Positions 1 to 10,366 of a DNA stretch of 43,780 bases are shown in pieces. The DNA is from Eledone cirrhosa (Eukaryota), in assembly GCA_964016885.1 (NCBI GenBank), contig CAXHJY010000692.1:1-43780 (forward strand). The letters run 5' to 3'. The notes beneath the pieces are model-generated. The model searched no databases. It had not been told where the DNA came from and saw nothing but the letters and a program-made list of their open reading frames with translations. The first letter of the stretch is position 1; every line of letters starts with the position of its first letter. Made by a program: the position numbers and the translations under genes.

Positions 1-950
1 TATGTAATGGTATGTATATGTGTTTCTGTCAGAGCCTCATAGATTATCATATTAGAAAGACTTTTCCTCCATAATACTTATAATCTAATGTCTTCAAACG
101 TATCATATTTTTCTTTTCTCCATTCTTTATTGCTTTCTTTTCTTTCCTTTTTTGTTTATTTTTGTTACTGATTTTTCTGATTTTCTTTTAACTGTTTTTA
201 TTTTATTTCACCCCTCCTCATCTCGTCCCCGTTTTCCTCTTAAAATAACTTGTTATATTGATTCTTACCACGTAATTGATTCTTTGCCTTCATGCAAACG
301 TAAAAGGTTAGGACAACCGGGCAACAAAGCGAAAGGTCATCAGTTCGCACCGTGTTCGTATCAAGTAACACTATATCTATATTGTTCCATGTGCAGAAGA
401 GATTTACCTATGAAATACACAGTGAACCACTTCTATATAGTGTCGTATGTAACTTTTGTGAGAGAGATCAGTTTCGAAAGAGATTAGAGAAATCTGCTCA
501 TGTAAATCATTTTCGACTGACTCTACTATGTATATTTGTGATTCTATGGTCGAGCAAAGTAACTTGGTATCTCAGTACTTCACCTGAGTTACATAAATGA
601 AAAATAAAGATATAATAAAGCATTTTATTTAACATTCAGGGGCGTTTTTTAATCTCGATCAATTGACGTCTCATGAAACCTGTATAACCTCTGGCCCCAG
701 ACTGAAATTTAAGATGGTTTCTTGTGTTTCTAGTCCAAACATATTTTTCTGCATTACGCTATTGAGAAAATCAATATTAAACCTCTTTTTTTCGAAAGCT
801 ACTTCCCTGTATCAGATTAAAATTCTAACATGAGACTTGAAGAAGATATATATTTTCGATTTATTTCCTTTTAATATTTATCATTTGGACAAGTTGATTG
901 CCCGATTCAGAAGTGCATTGAACGAAATACTTTATTATAGTCTATCACCT

Positions 951-1050
951 GAGTTAAATCCCGCCGAGTTCACCTGTTCATCCTTCCGGGGTGGATAAAA
1001 TTAGTAACAGCCAAATACTGTGGTATGTTAAATTAGATATTCTCAAACCT
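951..1050 (+). mobile_element. Old, diverged Nin-domain tRNA-SINE fragment
   Basis: gagttaaatcccgccgag...ttcatccttccggggtggataaaa is a diverged match to the B-box plus core of the younger SINE copies in this window. Confidence 0.6.
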
Positions 1051-1165
1051 GTCAACTCTCGCCGTCCGACGGGGAGATCTTCCACCCACTTTGGCGTGGG
1101 TGAGAGATATCTTATCTTCTGAAAATGGTTATAGCTTTCATTATGTAAAATCTCCCCAAAATATT

Positions 1166-1305
1166 GGTGGATTGGCAGTATCCGTAGAGGGTCGGACGCC
1201 ATGCTTTGACGCATAGAGTTACGGCCCTTGCCTTTCATCCTTACGGGGTCGATAAAATAAAGTACCAGTAATACACTGGCCTTGTGCCAAAAGTAGAAAC
1301 AATTA
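1166..1305 (+). mobile_element. Young tRNA-derived SINE (Nin-type core), internally deleted, with a 19-bp flanking direct repeat
   Basis: A-box TGGCAGTATCCG, core gcctttcatccttacggggtcgataaaataaagtaccagt and tail agaaacaatt. attatgtaaaatctcccca occurs at 1140-1158 and 1302-1320. Confidence 0.85.
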
Positions 1306-1454
1306 TGTAAAATCTCCCCATTTTGCCTCATTTCTCCCCGTTTTGGGGCACTTTTTTCTCATGGTACACCCGTTTGGGTTTTTATAGGTTGACAGGTTTG
1401 TATTCTCGTCCGTGTTCAATATCAGACATTAATATTTACATCTTTCAAGTGTGA

Positions 1455-1650
1455 TGGATTGTCAGTATTGTCAGAACTTCATATAAAATAGCATTGTGAT
1501 ATTTGTTCTAATTTCAAATCCCGCCGATGTCAACTTTATCTGTTATACTTCCAGGCGATAAATTAATGTACCAGTCAAATACTGGGCTCATTTAATCAAC
1601 TTTCTTTCTACCTAAATTTTCTGTCTCTGTGCCTAAATAAGAAATCAATA
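1455..1650 (+). mobile_element. Old Nin-type SINE copy
   Basis: ttcaaatcccgccgatgtcaacttt...gtaccagtcaaatactgg...gtgcctaaataagaaatc. Confidence 0.6.
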
Positions 1651-2967
1651 TTTACGCGTTCTCAATATTTTAATCTTAATAGAGTTCGCTAACTTTGGCA
1701 ACGTATGAGAATACATGTTGAAGAAAACGAAAGATATTGTCGAATTTGTGAGGATTAACTTCAAATCTTGTAAAGGTGCATTACTAAATACTGCTATGTT
1801 CCTTTATATATATACCGCGTTCTATCAGTTTCCTTGCTACCCCGTTTTTTTTTTTATATTTTTCCTATTTACTTCAACAAAGGTTTCTTTTCAGTATAAT
1901 TCTACATCTATTTATATATGAAGCTGAAGTTGTGAGTAGAATCCATATTTGGGATAGGGGTCTACAGGAAATATGTTAGGTAGTAGGACTAATGTAGCGC
2001 CCAATTTAACTTAAGGTGTCATTTTTGGAGTTCACTATATTGCAAACATTCAGATTAGACAAGAACCCCCTCACAACAGGATTTCTCCTCCATACATGTG
2101 TTTCGTGCAAACATTGATCTAAGGATCTTCACATCAGGTATCAGCTGCATCAAACGCATCAGTCTTATAAGGACTGTGAGAACTGGTCTTATTCCCCTGG
2201 CTAAATTCTATGAGGAAAATTTATTCAGTATCCAGTCTAAGACATACTCAAACATTCATAAGATGTCATATTAGTCTAACACTGCATGCAGTAAGAGCTT
2301 CAACACTCTGAAAACTCTAAACTTTCGATATCGATGACAGAATCTGTACGACATTAAGCAAACTATCTTTTAGAATTCGGGCTACGTTTCTGAGTTCAAA
2401 TTCCACCCTGGACTTGTTTGCTTTACAACTCGTTTGAAGTCGAAAATAAAAGTAGTAACCTATAGAAATATGTGTTGTTGGGGGAGAGAATACCAATGCA
2501 ACTAAACTAATAATATTCCAGAAGGTGGTGTCCCAGGATAACTGTATTCCAACGACAAACACCTGTAAAATAAAAGTATAAAAGAATATATACTTAAAAA
2601 ATCGAAAGTAATTTAAAAACTAGACATCGAAAATAAACACAAAATGTGAAGAGAAAAAGGAAAGGAAAATATCTTTTAAAGCAGCTTTGTTTTTTTTCTT
2701 TTCTTTATATAGGTTTTTATTATTTATCTTATTGTTCCTACTTTTCTTTTATTTAAAGTGCATTTTTTTTAAAATCCGAAATCCAAGCAGACGAAATATA
2801 CAGCATCTGTTGGTCTTTATTGTTTTTGCGTGTGTTTTTTATCACACACATACACTTACTTCTCAAATATTACACACGCACACACACACACACATACTGA
2901 TACTTTTCAAACATTACACTCACACACATACACACACTTCTCAAATAACACTTACACATACACATAA

Positions 2968-3263
2968 AACTGGCACTCCGTCGGTTACGACGAAGACTTC
3001 TCCAGTTGATCCGATCAACGGAACATCCTACTCGTCAAATTAACGTGCAAGTGACTGAGCATTCTACAAACACGCATACCCTTTACGTAGTTCTCAGGGA
3101 GATTCAGTGTGACAAGGCTGGTCCTTCGAATTACAGGTACAACTCATTCTTGCCAACTTTGTGTACTGGAGCAACGTGAAATAAAGTGTCTTGCTCAAGG
3201 ACACAACGTGTCGCCGGAATCGAACTCACGACCTTACGATTGTGAGCCCATTACTCTAACCAC
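2968..3263 (-). mobile_element. tRNA-derived SINE of a second family (CORE/Meta-like central domain)
   Basis: The - strand reads GTGGTTAGAG (A-box part)...GAGTTCGATTCC (B-box)...gtgtccttgagcaagacacttt (conserved core). A related copy lies at ~27250-27490. Confidence 0.75.
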
Positions 3264-3409
3264 ACATACACATGCTCGGCAAATATTACACACACACACA
3301 TAGACATACACTTCAAATATTACACTCACACATATAGACATACAATTCAAATATGATGCCCACACACATACACATATTTATGAAATATTATTCTCACACA
3401 CATATGCTC

Positions 3410-5172
3410 ATCCACCAACCGCCAATTCTCCCACTGTCACCACTACCACCACTACTACCACTACGACCACCTCCAACACCATCACTCTCACTACTGATAC
3501 CACTACCACCACCTCCACTACCACTACAGCCAACACTACCACTATCACTAGTGCCACTACTACCACCACCACCACCACCACCACCACCACTACCACAACT
3601 ACTACCACTACCATCACAGCCAACACCATCACTCTCACTACTGATACCACTACCACCACCTCCACTACCACTACAGCCAACACTACCACTATCACTACTG
3701 CCACTACTACCACCACCACCACCACCACTACCACAACTACTACCACTACCATCACAGCCAACACCATCACTATCACTACTAATACCACTGCCACTACCAC
3801 AACTACCACTACAGCCAACACTACCACTATCACCACTGCCACCACTACCACCACCACCACTACCACCATTACTACCACTACCACCACAGCCAACACCATC
3901 ACTATCACTACTGATACCACTACAACTACCACCACTACTACTACTGCCACCACTACCACCACCACCACTGCCACCACTACTACCACTACCACCACAGCCA
4001 ACACCATCACTATCATTACTGATACTACTACCACCACTACCACTACCACTACAGCCAACACTACCACTATCACTACTGCCACCACTGCCACCACTACCAC
4101 CACCACAGCCAACACCATCACTATCATTACTGATACTACTACCACCACTACCACTACCACTACAGCCAACACTACCACTATCACTACTGCCACCACTGCC
4201 ACCACTACCACCACCACAGCCAACACCATCACTATCACTACTGATACCACTACAACCACCACCACTACCACTACAGCCAACACTACCACTATCACTACTG
4301 CCACCACTACCACCACCACCACTACTACCACTACCACCACAGCCAACACCATCACTATCACTACTGATACCACTACCACCACCACCACTACTACCACTAC
4401 CACCACAGCCAACACCATCACTATCACTACTGATACCACTACAACCACCACCACTACCACTACAGCCAACACTACCACTATCACTACTGCCACCACTACC
4501 ACCACCACCACTACTACCACTACCACCACAGCCAACACCATCACTATCACTACTGATACCACTACCACCACCACCACTACTACCACTACCACCACAGCCA
4601 ACACCATCACTATCACTACTGATACCACTACAACCACCACCACTACCACTACAGCCAACACTACCACTATCACTACTGCCACCACTACCACCACCACCAC
4701 TACTACCACTACCACCACAGCCAACACCATCACTCTCACTACTGATACCACTACCACCACCACCACTACCACTACAGCCAACACTACCACTATCACTACT
4801 GCCACCACTACCACCACTATCACTACTGCCACCACTACCACCACCACCACTACAGCCAACACTACCACTATCACTACTGCCACCACTACCACCATCACCA
4901 CTACCACCACTACTACCACTACCACTACAGCCAACACTACCACTATCACTACTGCCACAACTATCATCACTACTACCACCACAGCCAACACCATCACTAC
5001 CACCACTACCACCACAGTTAACACCACCACTACCACTACTACCACCACTGCACCACTACCACCACAGCCACCACTACCACTACTACCCACACTACCACTA
5101 CTACCACCACTGCACCACTACCACCACATTTAACACCACCACTACCACTACTACCACCACAGCCACCACTTC
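3410..5172. repeat. (ACC/ACT)n trinucleotide-derived array with higher-order units (111 and 189 bp)
   Basis: The marker motifs acagccaacaccatcac and acagccaacactaccac recur. Matching blocks start at 4262/4451/4640 (189 bp) and 4021/4132 (111 bp). Confidence 0.9.
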
Positions 5173-6089
5173 CATGTGTATTTTTCTTCTATTACGGTTA
5201 ATGTCTGATATTGATGACTGTAACAGCTTAAATAGAGTGGGAATTGGGAATTCGGGCATTCCGCGTTAATACAATAACACTGTTGCACACACATTCATAT
5301 TCATAACCACACATGCCCTCCTCCCTACATACACACACACACGCAAGCAAACACACATATATATATATACACTTGTGCTTATATATGTTTGTAAGTGTAT
5401 GTGTGATTATGTGTGAGCGCGTGTGTGTTTGTGTGTAAATATATATGTATATATAGATAGATGTCAGTTTGTTTATGTGTAAGTATTTATACATACACAC
5501 ACACAAATACACACAGATACACGCAGACACACACATGCACATATATATATATATCTGTGTGTGTGTGTATATACATTAATATATGTATGTGCATGTATAA
5601 ATATTTACACAAACAGACACACCTGATTTATAAAAGCGATCGATTCAAGCGCTGTACTTATACATTCGATTTTTTTGTGTGTTTTAATTGTATGTATGTT
5701 TACTTTTAAAAGAAATAAAGATCTTCATAAAAGCTTCGCATATTTCATTTGTATATTATGAATTATGGGATAAAAATCCGACCAATTTACTTTATATATT
5801 TTTTATCCCCCTTTCTTTCAATCTCACACGAAGCACCATTTCTATATACTTTGTTTTAATGGCATCGATATGAATCCGATTGCATTTGTATTCATAACAT
5901 GCAATATATTTCCATAATATACTAACTTAAAATACTTTAACACAAACATAGTAAAATAAACCAATTTCATCATGGTAGAGTCATAATAGCCATTAAGATA
6001 CACACATACACTGTTTGATTCATATTTTAAGTCATTATTTTCATTTTGGAATAGTAACCTTTTGATAATAATTACCTTTCTTAGATACG

Positions 6090-6543
6090 TAGATACATAC
6101 ATATACATACATGCACACACACACATACACATATACATACACACATGTACATACATACAAACATACATATATATATACATACAAACAAACATACATACAA
6201 ACACATGTACATACATACAAACATACATACGAAATTATAAAACCAGAAGAATATACATATAAACATACATACATACAAACACATGCACATACATACATAC
6301 AAACACATGCACATACATACATACAAACACATGCACATACATACAAACACATGCACATACATATATACAAACACACATGCACATACATACGTACATACAA
6401 ACATACATACATAAATACATACATACATATATACACACATGCACATACATACACACACATACATACACACATGCACATACATACATACATACATACATAC
6501 ATACATACATACATACATACATACATACATACATACATACATA
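6090..6543. repeat. (CATA)n/(CA)n microsatellite complex
   Basis: Direct reading of the sequence. Confidence 0.95.
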
Positions 6544-6738
6544 CGAGTTTTGTTTCCAAAGTAAGGGTACTGATGTTATATTTAAATGCATATAAGACAT
6601 TCATGAAATTACAAGTTATCTCCTTCAAAACAGATCCGCAGTGGTTCCAACGTTCTTTTTCATTGGTCGCAGCAGTACCGGAAGTCATTTTCGTTGAATG
6701 TCCTTAGCTCGTCAGTTACAAGTTTTCCATAGTCCCAA

Positions 6739-6830
6739 AATAATTATTTCTACTTTTGGCACAAGGCCAGCAATTATCCCAATGCATTACTGGTACTTTA
6801 TTTTATCGACCCCGTAAGGATGAAAGGCAA
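6739..6830 (-). mobile_element. 5'-truncated young SINE inserted in the mariner transposase
   Basis: Reverse complement of the core and tail (ttgcctttcatccttacggggtcgataaaataaagtacc...agaaataattatt); aataat occurs at both ends. Confidence 0.85.
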
Positions 6831-7250
6831 TAATGACAATTCAACTTCGATTTCAACTTAGAAATCACACGGAGCTATATCTGGGCTGTAGGGAAGATGT
6901 GGAAGAGTGGGGATGTTTTTCTTCGTCAGAAATTCTCTAATTGAAAGTGTTGTGTGAGCAGGCGAGTTATTGTGCTCCAATATCCAATCTCCTGCAATGT
7001 CTTTTCGAACTCGCTGGACCCGTGTTCGAGATCGTTCCAAGACATCTGTGTAGAAGGTACAATTAACTTTCTGTCCTAGACGTAAAATTATTTGTGAACA
7101 ATACCGCGGCTGTCGAAAAAATGATAGTCATCGTTTTCACTCTGGATAAGTTTATGCGTGCTTTTTTTCGTATGATGTGAATTTTTGGTGTGCCACTCCT
7201 CACTTGGCCATTTTGTCTTTGGATCATTCTCGAACACCAAAGATTCGATG

Positions 7251-7433
7251 AATTGGCAGTATCGGTAGAGGGTCGGACGCCATGCTTTCCAGCATAGTTA
7301 CGTCCCTTTACGGTCTGAGTTCAAATCCTGTCGAAGTTAACTTTGCCTTTCATCCTTACCGAGTCGATAAAATAAAGTACCAGTAATGAACTGGGTATTT
7401 GCTGGCCTTGTGCCAAAAGTAGAAACAATTATT
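7251..7433 (+). mobile_element. Near-full-length young SINE inserted in the mariner transposase
   Basis: A-box TGGCAGTATCGG, B-box GAGTTCAAATCC, Nin-type core and tail agaaacaattatt. Confidence 0.9.
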
Positions 7434-8782
7434 ACTTTATCAAAGTTTGAGTCTTTTTAGCAAATCCTGATAAATTGTTTGGGTACTAATTTTGCACAAA
7501 TTTGTTAATATTCTCTGAACTGCATTTTTATCCAAACCCGTTTCATCTGCATTCATCCTAACATTTAATCGGCGATATTTCGCCATCACCGTACACATGA
7601 CTTTCACATTTTTTTCATTTGTTGATGAGATTGGCCTTTTAGAATAAGGTTCGTCTTCAACATTTTCTCGGCCCTCTTTGAAAGTTTTATGCCACTTAAG
7701 ACCCTACTTCTCGATAGAGTGGCATCTCCATAAGCTTATGATAAACAATTAAATATTTCGCTGGCAGATTTGTTGAGTTTCACAGAAAATTTGATCGCGC
7801 GACGTTGTACAATATTTTTCAGCATCGCAAATGCCCCTGCAATAGACCAAACTATTGATGAGATTGTGATAGGAAAACTTCAGCATAAGAAAGCAGCAAG
7901 TGAAAGCTATTGCATCACAGGAAATAATTAATCGAAGTGTAAGCCGCCGTAGCACTCCACGCAGATAATACATATCCATCTTTATGTAGTTCGTTATCCA
8001 TGAGTATGAACATATAGTATTTGATAGAATGACAGATCTAATTTCATTGTGTGATGTATTTCCCTATATTCTAATTGAGTTTCCGCAGTTATGTAACTCA
8101 GAATATATGGAAAACTCTTCATCAAACGTGGGTTATCAAATACAATGTTATACGTCTACGGTGATATTATTGCATACATCTCTCGTACACTCGCTCCTTG
8201 TTTATATAATAGTATTTTTTTAGTAGGAATTAATGGGCATGTTCAAAGTTCTATGTATGTGTTGTCGTCTGCTTTGTTTTTCTTCGGGAATTTGTGTGCT
8301 TGTGTTTCAGTTATCTGAGCTTGATTGATGGCTAAAAGTATAAACAGAATGCAATAAACGTTTAAGGTGGCTGGAGTGTAGCGATGACTTCCTTATTACT
8401 CAGCTAGCCTCCACTGACGAATAAGCAAGGAATCCATAAAGCATTGCCAATACAGGGATTATCTATCAAAAGAATGATTTAGTTAATAGTACTTATGGAC
8501 AATATAGAATCATAATAAAATAATATAGAAATTTCGATAGAGAATAAAGACGTACAAAATTAGATAAAGATAATAATAAATTGATTAAGAAAATACAATG
8601 AAGAAATACAAGTGGTTTAATGCGTGGTTTTGTATACCTATGGTAAGGTTATGCGTATGCTTGTGTATGTACGTATCTGTTTGCGTGTATGTATTTATTT
8701 GTTCCTATTACTTCTGTATTGTATTTATTAGCTTTGTTCTTAACTCTGTAGCGGAGATTCATTCGGTCTCCTAGTTAGAATT

Positions 8783-9040
8783 TTAGTCTACGACTTCTGC
8801 TATACCATTTACGTGGTTTTGTCTTTGCACGCTATTGTTCTCCACGCTCCACATATGACTTATTATCTTCGTTTTTTCGTTCATTGCCAGAGAACGTCTC
8901 TGTGCACCACTTAGAGAACATTAGTCTACGACCTCTTTTATACCATAAACGTGGTTCTGTCCTTGCACGTAATTGTTTTTCACCGCTCCTATTAATGACG
9001 TATTATTCGTTTTTTCCCGTTCTTTGCCAGCGAACGTCAC
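8783..9040. repeat. Diverged tandem duplication (~120-bp unit, 138-bp period) of non-simple sequence
   Basis: ttagtctacgac...gaacgtc at 8783-8900 and 8921-9040. Confidence 0.85.
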
Positions 9041-9308
9041 CATGAACCAAAGTATCGTCTTCCTGTCTTCCTCCGGTTGCAACGTTTTTTTAAATATCCA
9101 GTTCTGCGTTTACAGATTGACTTTGTTAGTTTCAGAAGATCCCGTTAAGGGTGAAAGCAGTGATTCTTTGCTTAAACTTTAATCTGTTATTTTAATAAAT
9201 ATTTGCTCTTCGGTTCTTATATATTTGATATATATTTTCCTTATCGAGCCCTCTCTGGATTTTAGTCTTCAATTTTATTATTATTACTATTATTATTATT
9301 ATTATTAT

Positions 9309-9355
<47 letters not shown>

Positions 9356-9643
9356 GTAGGAGGTGAGTTTTATTGTAGTACAATAAAGCAATGCAGATAT
9401 CGGATAAGTAGCACTCTACAGTTTGTAGGACTGGAGTATAAATAATATATAAGATCAAAAGATGGTTAAAAGAGTTCCATGTATTTTATTATGCGCATTT
9501 CAAAAACAAATATCATTATGCGATGACATTTGCGTTTTCGTCAGATAAAATAGGGAGACATGATATGAAGGTTAAAAAACACTTGTGAATAGTGCAGTTT
9601 TAAATCAACATATGTTGATTTAAAACTGTACTATATATATACA

Positions 9644-9715
<72 letters not shown>

Positions 9716-9791
9716 CGAAGGAGTTGTGGTAAGGAACCTGATGGACCATAACGCACCAGAATACTCAATATTTAGGGTAGTAGAGTGGGTA

Positions 9792-9883
9792 ATAGGAAAA
9801 TGTATGACCCCGACGGCAGAGCTCAAGCCGTTTCGACGGCTATATAGCCTGAGCACTGCCGTCGGGGTCATACATTTTCCTAT
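9792..9883. other. 92-bp fold-back with 28-bp perfect arms (MITE-like or hairpin RNA)
   Basis: ataggaaaatgtatgaccccgacggcag (9792-9819) is the exact reverse complement of 9856-9883. Inner gctca/tgagc pair, and there is an inner agccgt-TTCG-acggct hairpin. Confidence 0.9.
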
Positions 9884-10089
9884 ATATATATATATATACT
9901 TGGGGAGGGTCATATTGTTGTAATAATATTGCCAGAATTAATAACAGAACACACTCACTGTTTGGTTGGTTTTCGTTTCTGTATCTTTTATATCAGTTAA
10001 TTTATTCGGTCCTCAATGTTTACCATTGACTGACCAACGGTCAAAAATACAGATATAATATAGACACAAACATATATATATAGTCTAAC

Positions 10090-10129
10090 AAAGTTCTTTC
10101 GTTGCACATCTGCAACATCGTCAGTGGAA
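10090..10129 (-). ncRNA. Minimal type I hammerhead ribozyme motif at the 3' end (pLTR) of the Penelope element; probably partly degenerate
   Basis: - strand: ttcca CTGACGA T GTTGCA-gatg-TGCAAC GAAA G-AA-C T T tg. The core boxes and a perfect 6-bp stem II are present; stems I and III are weak. Confidence 0.7.
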
Positions 10130-10366
10130 TGTTTCCTCATGTTGTATTGTATGTCTACGCCATCTTTATTTAATCTGTTTATTTATTTATTTATTCATTT
10201 TTGTCTTTTTCTCTGCGCATGCGTTTGTGTGTGTGTATAGTGTTTGATGTGTGTTCGTGTTTGGGTGACTGCGTTTTGGTTACTGTATTCTATCTTAGTT
10301 CACTAGTGTGTGTTTATATGTGTTTGTTGTTATTGTGCTTGTGTATATATTTATTTATTTATTTAT

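Larger units (their letters stand above)
6543..7825 (-). mobile_element. Decayed Tc1/mariner (mariner-type) transposon; transposase pseudogene ~6609-7825
   Basis: The - strand translates to MLKNIVQRRAIKFSVKLNKSASEIF..AYGDATLSRSRV/KWHKTFKEGRENVEDE (HTH region), CAKLVPK (WVPHEL-like), ESLVFENDPKTK, FFDSRGIVH, HNNSPAH, PYSPDIAPCDF and C-terminal FEGDNL*. Several stops and frameshifts. A TIR-like tacgagttttgtttccaaagtaag is at ~6542; the other TIR was not found. Confidence 0.92.

Noticed and set aside
1907-1930. Helitron-like 5' end (A|TCTATTTATATATGAAGCTGAAG)
   Set aside because: I could not locate a matching hairpin-CTRR 3' end.
3353-5269. 638-aa Pro/Leu ORF and the antisense 560-aa poly-Val ORF
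   Set aside because: These are stop-free by-products of an ACC/ACT trinucleotide array, with no domain content.
8365-8435. CTGACGA box with nearby partial hairpins (hammerhead or SECIS)
   Set aside because: No stem II followed by GAAA, and no proper SECIS geometry.
8737-8781. Possible very decayed hammerhead on - (ttct..ctagga gaccgaatgaatctc cgctac agagtta agaa)
   Set aside because: Both catalytic boxes are non-canonical, so it cannot be distinguished from chance.
9140-9152. CCCTTAAC on - as the U12 branch site partnering the 28082 donor
   Set aside because: It is an imperfect match and lies about 40 nt from the CAG with an intervening AG; U12 branch points are usually much closer to the acceptor.
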